A DNA stretch of 64,000 nucleotides from Selaginella moellendorffii (taxonomy: Eukaryota > Plantae > Lycopodiophyta). Where the stretch lies: contig NW_003314273.1 of assembly GCF_000143415.4 (NCBI RefSeq), positions 1,188,074-1,252,073 of the forward strand, written 5' to 3'. A model generated the notes under the pieces. The model had not been told where the DNA came from, did no database searches, and was given only the letters and a program-made list of their open reading frames with translations. Position numbers and translations under genes: made by a program. Positions 1-10,890 of this stretch are shown here, piece after piece (the stretch's first letter is position 1; every line of letters starts with the position of its first letter).

Positions 1-651
1 TTTTGATGTTTTTCCATCTGAACTTCCTCATAGGTTGCTTCCGTTATGAGGTGTGGAGCATGGGATTACATTGGAGCCGAGGACGCAGCCAATTTACCGG
101 TGTCCATTTCAGTTAAGTTATGTAGAGGAGCAAGAAGTTCAACAACAAGTCAAGGAGTTACTTGAGTTTGGATTTATTCAACCAAGTATGTCTCCGTTTG
201 GTGCTCCGGTCTTGCTTGTGAAGGACGGTTCAATGCAGATGTGTATTGAATACCGCACTTTGAACAAGAAGATGGTGAAGGATAAGATGCCGATGCCATG
301 TGTGGATGATATCCTAGACAAACTTGGTGAAGCACGAGTGTTTACCAAGATTAATCTGAGGAGTGGATATCATCAGATTGCAATGGATGGTGCATCTATC
401 TCCAAGACAACATTCAACACAAGCTTCGGACATTTTGAATTTACAGTTATGCTGTTTGGCTTGACAAATGCACCAGCCACATTTACTCGGCTGATGACAA
501 TGATATTTGGGCGTTATCTTCATGAGTTTGTGGAGATTTTCCTGGATAATATTCTTGTTTTTAGCAAGAATATAGAAAAGCAAATGTGAGTTTGCAAAGT
601 CGGAGGTGGAATATCTAGGCCATATTGTGACATCTAAGGGTGTCAAGACGG
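1..651 (+). mobile_element. Ty3/gypsy reverse transcriptase fragment, 5' part of an element interrupted at 651
   Basis: ORF 53-589 carries RT motifs (SPFGAPVLLV, INLRSGYHQI, FGLTNAPATF, FLDNILVFS). The reading frame GVKT|DPRKV resumes at 22450 after a duplicated GACGG. Confidence 0.9.
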
Positions 652-745
652 TGTAAACAACCAAAGGGAACAACTCGAGAAACGATCCATAGGGGTTTAA
701 CTATAGAGGGAAAGGGCCCATGAACAAGAGTGCACCCCCTTTTAA

Positions 746-3700
746 ACTTAGAGCATCTGCCATGATGTTGTTTGTCCCAGGCTTGTACAGAATCTCGCAA
801 TCAAACTCAACCAAAGCATTGGCCCACCGACCTTGTTTCCCCTTAAGTCAGGTTGTGACAATAAATGTTTTGTTGCCACATTATCTGTGTAAACTTTGAA
901 GTGCCTCCCAAGGTAGTGTCGCCACTCCTTGAGCGCCTTAACCACCGCAAATAATTCCTTCTCGTAAGCAGGCCACTTTCGCTGAGCCTTGTCCAACTTC
1001 TTCAAGAAGAATGCCACTTGATGGTTGTCTTGCTTCAAAACTACGCCCAACGCAAAGTCTGAAGCATCCATTTCTACATCAAAGTCCTTACCAAAGTCGG
1101 GTAATGCTAACATGCCACATAGGTGGACAAATGCTGCCTCACATTCTGCTGTCCATACCATCTTCATTTTACCCATTTGGTCCATTAAGGGCAGAGCTAC
1201 TCTTGAATAGTGTTTGATAAACTTTCGGTAGTAGTTGCATAGCCCCAAGAATTTGATGGTCGCTTCCATTCCTGGATCGCTTGGACCTTCTCAAGGTCCA
1301 CCTTGAGTCTGTCCTTGCCCACCACATGCCCGAGAAAATTTACCTCTTCTTGAGCAAAGTCACATTTGCTTTCTTTAGCATACAGCTTGTGTTCCCTTAG
1401 TTTCTCAAACATCTTTGTCAAGTGTTCAGCATGCTCCTCTAGCGTCTTGCTATAAATAAAGATGTCATCAATATAGTGATCCAGATAGGGTACAAAGATG
1501 TGCGCCAAAAATGTTGCCGCTGCATTGCATAGCCCAAAGGGCATCACCAGAAACTTGAAGCTCCCATACCTTGTTCAACAAGTTGTCTTTTCGACATCTT
1601 CCTTTGCTACCCAGATCTGGTAGTATCCTGACCTTATGTCAATCCTCGATAAGTATTTTGCCTTTCCCAACCTATTAAACAGGTCCTCAATCCTTGGCAA
1701 AGGGTACTTGTTCTTCTTTGTATACTTGTTAAACAACCGATAGTCTATGCACATGCACATAGATCCATCTTTCCTTTGCACAAATAACACCAATGCCCCG
1801 TACGGCGACTTGCTCAACCTAACATACCCTTTGTCCACCAACTCTTCTAGTTGGCACCTGAGCTCCTCGAGTTCCTTTTCATTCAAACGATAGAGGGGAC
1901 AAACCACCGCCTTAGCACCCTCGACCAGCTCAATCTTGTGGTCTATCGGTCATGCGGGGGGCAACCTTGCTGGTACCTCCTCTGGCATGGTATCCTAGAA
2001 TTGGTCCAACACCCGTTGGATCACTAAAGATACTTCTTTCGTTCCCGTCTTTTTGTCACTCTTCACTAAGAGTAAGCACAAAAATGCTACTTTAGCTCCT
2101 TTAGTGAGTTGTCCTCTCATTGACACTAGGATTAAGCAGGAGTCTTTGGCCTTACATTGCCCTACCTTCAAATCCTGGGCGTCCACCCTAGATCATTCTC
2201 CCCGGGCATTTGTCAGTACCACAAGGTTCCTCGTTTGTCCATACAAGGCCACTACGAACCGATTGAACCAATCCATCCCGAAGATTATGTCAAATCCTGC
2301 CATGTCCAATATGGTGAAATCCATATCTACTTTCTATTTCCCTACTTCGACTCTCGCTTGTCGAAGTATCTCATCGGTGCTTTGGCTACCTTGAACAAAC
2401 TCTATCGTCCTTGGTTCGCCTACCCACTGCATCGTTAGTCCGGCTTGCTGGACTATGTCTATAGCCACAAAATTATCCGAAGCACCCGTGTTAATAAGGA
2501 TCTTAGCAAAGCTACCTTCGAGCTTCCCTCAGAGGGCTAGTAGATGTCACAAATGACTCTCTACCAAAGTTGCTCGTGTAATGAGTAACTTTGAGTTAAG
2601 GACTGAATCATGTACCTCAATTTGGATTTCACCAGACTTAATGGCTGTATTAGCTTTAGCCTTCTTCGAGTAGGGACATTCCTTCAAAAGGTGTCCCACT
2701 TCACCACAATTGTAACATACGTTATTTCCCACACTGTTAACAGACTTGACCTTTTTATCCGTGGGTTTGTCTCTTTTTCATTGACTCCCCCACGTACTTG
2801 CTTGCTGGCCACCAAATTTGCCTTTCTGGAACCCCAAGGACTCATTCTTAGAGAAACTCTTCTTGAATTTCTCTTTACTATATGTTCCCCTTGGTTTGGC
2901 CCCTTTGCTAAACATGGACCCCAACCCTGTCGTGTTCCCCTTTTGCAGGTTATTATTGAAATGCACCTTGATAACTGCATCCAACACTTCCTTGTAGTTG
3001 GTCGGGTTCCAACGCATCACCTCGCCACGAGCCCAGGTTTGCAAGCCTGACATGAAGGCATGGAACGCATCCATATCACCCATATCCATGATAAATATCC
3101 TCTTTGCCAACCCATTCACATACTCTTGAATGATTCTGGTCTATTTCAGCCTACTCAACTCGTCCCTTAGGTGCAGGGTAGCATTCGGAGGAACATAAGT
3201 CGCGCAGATCCTTGCCTTCATCATTTCCCAAGTGGCCATCGGTCCTTCGTTGGCCTTTGTCATTCTCCATCAAGACTTGGCATTATCTGCCAAGTTTGGT
3301 TTTGCACATGGGACCTTCTCCGAGCTTGGTAACCACAACGCTCGGAAGTAGTCCTCCATATCATAAAACCATTCCTTCACCACCTTATAGTCATTCACTC
3401 CCTTGAAGACCGGTGGTGTTAGAGCATGGCCATTGAAAGAGTGAGAGAGAGAGAGAGAATATTTTAGTCCTTAGAATATTCCCCATCTTCCTTGTATAAA
3501 ACCCTTGCCTGACAAGGGCAGAGGCAGGGGGGCATTTTACGAAGAGCATTGAAGCATTTCTTGAGTTTGAGCGAGTGTTGGGGGAGGTGCCCCTCCTTCT
3601 CCCAATAGTGGGGGCTTTGATTTATACTTGGGAACTGCCTAAGGGATTGATTCTACTTCGGTCTATTCGACCTTGTTTGGTTCTGCCTCAATCCTTGCCG

Positions 3701-4040
3701 AAGGGTCCACACCTTCTACGCTGCCAGCATCTACAGTCTTTTGCCTTTTCTTCTGCTTCTCGTCATGCTTTAGCTTGTGCACGAGAGTCTCCAGCAGGGC
3801 ATTGGTCTATGCTAATTGTCCTTCTACAATGTCCAATCAAGCTTTGGACAACCGAACCTCACCAGCAGACTCCTGTTTGGAAGATTCCTCACTAGAGTCC
3901 TCCTCATGCAAGGATTCCTCATCCATAGCCTCTTTTTTGACCGGAGGCTCCAGCTCTGGAGGAGGTTTCGTCTCCACCTTGGTTCATTTACACCCTGCCT
4001 TTGCCATCTCCCAGCAATCCGCCTCTATCCTTCACTAGAA
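746..4040 (-). pseudogene. Decayed gypsy gag-pol (gag, Zn knuckle, protease, RT, RNase H)
   Basis: CYNCGEVGHLLKECP knuckle (2547-2732); protease-like ILINTGASDNF near 2470-2500; RT YIDDIFIYS (1197-1547); RNase H DASDFALGVVL...YEKELFAVV (748-1269). Multiple stops and frameshifts. Confidence 0.9.
3417..3607. mobile_element. Probable ~190-bp solo LTR inserted in gag
   Basis: Starts TGTTAG and ends CCCAATA, flanked by a GTGG direct repeat (3413-3416, 3608-3611). Removing it restores the gag frame YKSKPPPVFKG. Confidence 0.6.
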
Positions 4041-4051
4041 CTAAGGAAAAG

Positions 4052-4063
4052 GCTCCGATACCA
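4052..4063 (-). promoter_or_regulatory. Primer-binding site (tRNA-iMet type)
   Basis: The reverse complement reads TGGTATCGGAGC, directly upstream of gag. Confidence 0.7.
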
Positions 4064-4065
4064 CA

Positions 4066-4892
4066 AATTTTTCCTTTCCAATTTGCCAGCTTACCTCATC
4101 TATCTGACCAACACTGCCTTGGCTTTAGCTAACTTCCCTCGCGAAGGTTCCCACCTACTATACCATCTCCTACTTGGTTTAAGCTACTCACTGCACGAGC
4201 AACAAAGCGTTAGTGGGGCACCACTCCACATGAGCCGGGAGCACCGCAGTTGGTTTCCCTTCCGGGAGTGGGAGCTGCTCTTGAGCACTTCCTTGGGTGG
4301 CCCCTCCAGCACCACCTGAGTCCATGCTCACTCCCACCCAAGGCCCCTCGGTCCCAGTCTCAACCTCAAGTTAGTTTGGAAGCACCACTAGAGAGTTCGT
4401 TCGAGACTGGTTCCTAGACCTCACTATCCCTACTATACTTTTGGAACACCCTGCAGCTGCCCCCCCCCCCCCCCCCCCTTGAAAGACACATGCTTTAAGC
4501 TTTCACCCCACGACCCGTATTAGTATTTGGACTCGATCTCGGACTTGACTTCGGACTCAACTTCGTACTCGGCCTTGGACTCGATCTCGAACTCGACTTC
4601 GGGCTCGACTTCGGGCTCGACTTCGGACTCAGTTTCGGACTCGATCTTGCACTCGGTCTCGGACCCAATATCGGATCTTAGACTCGGTCTTGGACTCGGT
4701 CTTGAACTCGGTCTCGAACTTAGTCTCGGAGTTGGTTTCGGACGCGATTTTGGACTCGGTCTCAAACTCGGTCTTTGAGTCGGTCTCGGACTCGATCTTG
4801 GACTTAGTCTCATCTGATAAACTCTTTATCATTTTGGTCATGCCTTCGGGGATCCTTTAGCCTTCGACACCTCAGGGAGTCGGTTCCTTACA
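4066..4892 (-). repeat. Family A LTR (central copy)
   Basis: Homologous to 21470-22449 and 58256-58542. Begins TGTAAGG on the minus strand, next to a purine-rich PPT-like tract (4893-4905). The left boundary is approximate. Confidence 0.75.
4528..4812. repeat. Hexamer tandem array (GACTCG/GTCTCG-type) inside the LTR
   Basis: Clear 6-bp periodicity; the same array occurs at ~22110-22370 and ~58256-58462. Confidence 0.9.
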
Positions 4893-5329
4893 ACTCCACC
4901 ACCTATAGAAGAAGTTTGATGCCCATATCGAATGCCTCTTTTTAATCCAACAACTTGTTGACCATGTCTCCTTGGGCATCCCCCCACTTAGCGGTGTGCC
5001 TAAGTTAGCCTCCCCAACCAAGAGCCCATGACAATGGAATATAGGTTTCCCTATACCCCTCACCTCACTATGCCCTAGTATGGGGTTGGGACTTGAACCC
5101 AGCCTTGCTTTACTAGGGGTTTGGGATTTGAACCCAACCTCCATAGAATACGTCTATGGATTCGACATCCCCGCGGGGAGTCAGGCGTAATTCCCTACGC
5201 CTGGTCGACCTAGCTAACCCATGTTAATTAGCTTACCTTCGGCATGCCTTCAAGTCCCAACATATGCCATTGCTCAACTTCACAACTTGATACTTTTAAT
5301 TGAACTTTGCATAAGTACATAGAGTTCTG

Positions 5330-5662
5330 CCATGTAGAAATCCTCCACTATACCTTGTGTGTTCGCAAGGTTCTCCTCTAGTTCCTATGTTGCTTTGCAG
5401 TGTGGAAATCCTTTCCACTTCACATGGACTCTCTCACCTCGTGTCCTTGTCGTTTGCTCTTGCGTGCATTGAGGATGGCCTCGACTTCATATTCCTCTTC
5501 CCCTTGGATAACCTTAGGTAAAGGTCTCACTTGGTCCTTGCAAAGCAGATCCTCAAAGTATAGCTTGAGTAGGTTTACAAGGAACACTGTGTGCATTGTC
5601 CCCATCTCTCAAGCAAGTTGGAGGTGGTAAGCCACTTTACCGATTCATGCCTCAATCTCATA
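5330..5662 (-). pseudogene. Integrase C-terminus/chromodomain remnant of family A
   Basis: HTVFLVNLLKLY...EEEYEVEAILNARK, then VKWKGF in a shifted frame. The upstream integrase sequence continues at 20227. Confidence 0.8.
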
Positions 5663-5686
5663 AAGCTCTATTTTGTTAAAGTGGGA
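5663..5686 (+). repeat. Left terminal inverted repeat
   Basis: AAGCTCTATTTTGTTAAAGTGGGA matches the reverse complement of 20203-20226 at 23/24 positions. Confidence 0.92.
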
Positions 5687-6323
5687 TTTATTCAGTAAAA
5701 TGGGACTAGGTACAAATTTTCAAGTATTTGAAAATGACGTGAAATTATATGTTTTTTGTCTAGGGGCTAGACATATCTAGGGCATGGTGACTAGCGCGGT
5801 GACTTTGTGTCCAGACTGAGTCCATCTGGTTGTATAATAAATCTCATTGTCAAGGTGAACAAGCCGAATCTAAAGCTAAAGAAGAGCGATGGCATGCGCG
5901 CACACACTATTTGTTTGTTCATTGAGCGTATGGTGAGCTTTCCAAGATGAACGTCATTCCTATTAGCCAGACATATAACTTAATGGTGAGAACATTTAGA
6001 TATTATTCAATGTTATCTTTTTCTAACGAATCTAATTGTGAAGGTGTAGCAAGAGGCATTGCTAGTCTGGAGAAGTCATTTAACTCATTTGACCCTTAGT
6101 GTATTTTCATGAAACTAAATAACATTCATATTATTAAGGAATTTCTCTAGTACCTTTTTTTTACGACATAGAGTCTTGCATTTCTTTCAAAGGTGATTTA
6201 GTAAAAGGCCTGAGGGCACATGCCATTCTATTTCTCAGACCGGTATTAAGATATACTAGTGCAAAGGGGAAAAAGGTATTTGGTGATCAAGTAAATGGCA
6301 TGAGGGCACACGCCATTATAAGC

Positions 6324-6580
6324 CTAAGCGCTAGTGGACACCTCCTTTTTGGTACTCTCAGCGGTACTATCATCCTTCTCTGGGTCAGTTGTTTTGCTTT
6401 GGATTGTTGTCTCTGACGTTACTGGGGCGTTCTCGATAGTTGTTAATGTTGCCGTTTGTTCAGAAAAATGATCACCTGGAGTATAGTACGGGGAGTTTGG
6501 AAGACTTATATATTCTACATCTTCACCTATCTCCTTCTCCGTCTCCTTTTCTGCCTCACTTACAGATTTTGTGCTTGCCA
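6324..6580 (-). CDS. Possible acidic/Thr-rich 3' exon or small ORF of the transposon
   Basis: Open frame MASTKSVSEAEKETEKEIGEDVE..., co-oriented with and downstream of the transposase. No recognisable domain. Confidence 0.3.
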
Positions 6581-7308
6581 TGAGAACGCTCTTCACCCTA
6601 AAATATGGAGTTCGTTGTGTTATAAAAGGAAACCAACACACACGCTGCAAGGGAATGATGGTACATAAAGCACGTAAGCCCACAATATGGGTTTATGTGC
6701 CATTAATATGGGCCACACGCCATATTATTAGATTTATGCACGTGTGATTGGTAAATGCATATGTCACATCATCTTTGTTTTACCTCACACACTATATCAG
6801 GCCTAATGAACCATATCACATGTGCGCACATGCTATATATATGGAGAAGTATTATGCAAGGATAGAAAAATTCAATGCATGATTGTGGAGAGCAATGGCA
6901 TGAAGCCACATGCTAAATAACATTTTAGAGAAAGAATTAAAATAGAAACATACAAACAGTACTGAGTGGACCAAGACTTAGAAGTGCACAATTGAATGAG
7001 GTATTTCTAATAAATATTTCACTCACCTCATATAGGAATGGCTACCACTCTCAAATGGCGTATCGCCTCATGCCATCACCTCGCAATTTGTTATAACAAT
7101 CCGATGAATTCATATTCGGCTTGTTCACCTTGAACTTTAAGTAAGATTTGCTAGAACAACTAAGAATTTATACTTGTTATTTGTATCATCTCACCTAGGA
7201 ATGGCATAAGGCCACATGCCATCACGCCTCCTCTAATTCAGATTCGGATTGTTCACCTTGAAATAAAATACATTAGAAACTTAGTAAAGGAATATTAATG
7301 AATCTCAC

Positions 7309-10075
7309 CTTGAACCCGGGTTATGAATGCCCTTGCTGCATCTCTTGCATGGTCTGGCAAGGTGATGGTGGCACTCTACTTCCGCATCCAACCATGCACA
7401 ACATTATCCACCGATATGCTCATGCTGGGATCCCTTGGATTCAGCACCCATCTCTTTTCTAGGCAATCCTTCGTATATCCGGAACTTGGCTTGAACCACT
7501 CCACAGTTACATTGAAGGAGTTAGTTTCCGCATCCTCCTCTGCATCAGTGATGCAGCGCCCCACCCATATCATTTGTTTTTTATTACTGGGTCTGACAAG
7601 CACGACCATTCCTTTGCAGACCTGTACTGGATTGAATGCTGAATCCGGCTTCTTGTTCCTCGGCCCACAATAGTGATCCTCAACATCGTTATCTGTCACT
7701 GCATTTCCAGAGGACATTGTTCCGCTACTATCTGGTGCTCTGGGTTCTGGCCAAAAGGACTCTTCCAATTCTTCATATACAACCGGCCCATTTTGGATAG
7801 CAGATATAATCTTCTCCCAGTATTCGAGCAAAGGCTTGCATCTCTGAAAATAGGATTCTCCACCAAACACCAACCCCCTCTTCCAGAAGGCAATATGCTG
7901 TCTAATCCTGGCCACTATACTTTCCTGGTCTTTGAGTCCATCCGGGTGCATCGGCCGTGGGGAACCCTGAGGAATCATAGGTTCCCCAGTTATGGGATCT
8001 CTCTTGAAAAGTTCAATGCCGTCCACTGGCAGCCACACTGTGTCCCATTCTCTCATCTTGTACCTCATCACTGGAGCACCGTCACACATGCTGAAATGAA
8101 ACTGAAGAGGCTTGGAGTGGCCAATCAACATTTCAGATCCGTCCCTGATGTAGCCTCTTACAAACCCCTTAAAGTCTGGAACCTCTGTCACAAGTGCAGC
8201 TTCAACAGTGCCTTTGATGCAATTTTGGAATTCATCGTAGAATTGTGGGAGGGTGAGGACATTAGATCGCCAGAGGGACTCTGCCAGGTGACTGAACATG
8301 GCATCGATGTCTTCATGAGTGTGCCCAACCATGAGAAAGCCAAGTGTAACCGTTTCAAATATGCCTTTGGCAACAAGCATCGCCAAGTACGCGAAGCCGT
8401 ACATGTTTTTGTTCTCACTGCCAGCATTGTCTGTTTGGAGCAGAAGATGGGGTGGAAGGCCACATCGGCCGCAAGAACTTCCTTGAGATTCTGCTTCGTT
8501 TGGATGAGGCTGTGCATTCACCGGGCGACCAGCCTCGTCGGAATGCCATGAGGCCTCACGTGATAACCCTACAATCTGACGGCCAACATATTCACTGGGA
8601 TGGCATGNNNNNNNNNNNNNNNNNNNNNNNNNNNNNNNNNNNNNNNNNNNNNNNNNNNNNNNNNNNNNNNNNNNNNNNNNNNNNNNNNNNNNNNNNNNNN
8701 NNNNNNNAATCATCATATTTGCACCCCCGCCACCCCATAGAGGTACAAAGAAGTCCCATAGTTCTGGGCACCATGCCCATGAGCGATTATGCCAAATAGA
8801 GACACAGGCAGCTGCATGGATGAAGAGATTGCCTTGGGGGCAGGATTGAGTCGAGGTAAGCACGTCTTTTTCTGGTCCATTTTGTCGTGGATGATGCAGA
8901 GGTAAGAGTCAAGTCTCTCTATGGAGAGAATCCTGTTATGATAATATGCAGTCCTGCAGCTTCTCTGCTCGATGTTGTGGTCGAGCTACCTTCTAACCAA
9001 CGTCTCTCGCTCTTGAGCGATGCAAGAATTCTTCGACAAAGCCATTTTGATAGCAATGCACTCGTCACACTTTGAAAAGCTGGAGTACTTTCCTATACTC
9101 ACATCCCTGAACCTGTTTCTCCACAATCTACTAAATCTAGATTGGCTCAGCTTCCTGTAGCCATTACTCTGGAGTTCCCGATTCACATCTTCCAATATGG
9201 CCAACTTGGTATACATGGAAGGGAGAACTCGTTGGGTGTCTCGAGTTCCATCTTCCAAGAGGCGGGTTTTATGTGGTTGCTGCTCGGTACATGTCTCGAC
9301 AAACCTCTTGAAGATTGCCTCTCCATATACAACATGACCCCTGGTTTTGTGAGTACCGTCGTTCCCATGGACTGCCTGTTGAACCCTTTGTTCCTCGAAC
9401 TCAGTTTTGATTATGTAGAATGTGGTTCGAGGGACTCCATAAATGATTCTCCATGCCTTCATGCAGACCAAACCCCTCTGGAAGACCATGCCCCCCACCT
9501 GATGTTCTGAAGCATCAACAAATGACCGTAATGCCTCATACACAAAATTGCGAGCTGCCTTCTAGGACAATGTCTTGTATCTTGCTCTCTCCTCTTCAAT
9601 AGCATCCCAATCAGCATGTTGACAGCACCTCCTCTTGCAACAAGCAACTGTCGAGACCATTCGAACCTCCATCGCCATTTTCTGCCTTTTCGGTTCGTTG
9701 CTCAGATCCCTTTGGCTGCGCTTTAGGAAGGTGTACTTTCTTTTCCCATGAAGAGATGTTATGTCATCAGTTGTAGTGGTGTTTGATTGTGAATCCTTCA
9801 CATTCTCAAACACTAAGTGCCTCAATTTCCACCGCACAATGCTTCCAATAGTCAGACTGTTTTCTTCTGTGTCAACAACCTCTAAAATCACAACTCCAAT
9901 ATCATCCCAGCCCAATTCTTGATTAGCAACCGCATCTCTTGGATCGACAACTATGGCTAAGCCCTCAGCTACCACCTCCCCCTCGGGGTTGTTTAGAAAC
10001 ACCTTTTCCTGAATCCATGTAGCACGGTTCTTAAGATCCACAGAGGGAACATGCATCGCACTTGCGGAGGCTATT
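7309..10075 (-). pseudogene. DDE/D transposase, Sola-like/DUF7869-type, disrupted by 3 in-frame TAGs, a frameshift near 8754 and an N gap
   Basis: Motifs in order: CCKRRCC, VCMKAWRIIYGV, FSKCDECIAIK, YLCIIHDKMDQKKTCLP, LLLQTDNAGSENKN, FLMVGHTHEDIDAMFS. Splice acceptor at 10076-10077 and donor at 7308. Family recognised from memory of the motifs. Confidence 0.85.
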
Positions 10076-10227
10076 CTGAAAGTGCAGAAAAGAAGTTAAG
10101 ACCATACAAAAAATGATTGGAGAATGGCCTAAATCATAACATACCAAACAACCTCAATAGCATGAGGCCACATGCCATTATTCAAACATGCTATTGACAC
10201 CCATGTGAAATTTCGCATTCACAAAAT

Positions 10228-10552
10228 TGGCATGAGCCCTCATGCCATTAGTGGTACCACTAATGGCATGAGGCCTCACGCTATCTTTGGCCCCTGCTAG
10301 CCTGTTGCTATATTCCNNNNNNNNNNNNNNNNNNNNNNNNNNNNNNNNNNNNNNNNNNNNNNNNNNNNNNNNNNNNNNNNNNNNNNNNNNNNNNNNNNNN
10401 NNNNNNNNNNNNNNNNNNNNNNNNNNNNNNNNNNNNNNNNNNNNNNNNNNNNNNNNNNNNNNNNNNNNNNNNNNNNNNNNNNNNNNNNNATATAGGCAAA
10501 GGATATGGCAATAGGCTAGCAGGGGCCAAAGATGGCATGAGGCCTCATGCTC
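10228..10552. repeat. Nested inverted repeats/hairpin around an N gap
   Basis: 10228-10283 is a near-perfect palindrome centred on GTGGTACCAC. 10264-10316 is the inverted copy of 10501-10552. Confidence 0.85.
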
Positions 10553-10890
10553 ATCTTGATAAACACACAGCTACAGGCAGGTAAAGAAACTATTGGCAAT
10601 ATGCTAGTGATGAACTTGCAAGCCCCAAGATGGCATGAGCCCTCATACCATTAGTGGTACCGTAGCGCCACTCGCACCACCGCAACTGCTCGTAGCGCCG
10701 CTCGCACAAACTGCCACTCGCATAAACTGCCGCTCGCAATGGCGCTCGCAATGCCGCAACCGCTCGTAGACGCATAAACCACAGCTCACAATGCCGCTTA
10801 CACAAGCAGCGCTCACTGCGCTCAGCGGAACCAAGAACACGGCGCACAAAAATGGTAGACCTAGGAATGAGTTCGAGAATTCAAAAATAA

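Noticed and set aside
4520-4841. SPR/ESE-rich ORFs here and at 22101-22417 and 58170-58463
   Set aside because: They are translations of the hexamer array in the LTR, open in many frames because the repeat lacks stops.
7673-8551. 292-aa plus-strand ORF
   Set aside because: Antisense shadow of the transposase exon with no recognisable motifs. The same applies to 14844-15452 and 15783-16253 opposite the cargo gene.
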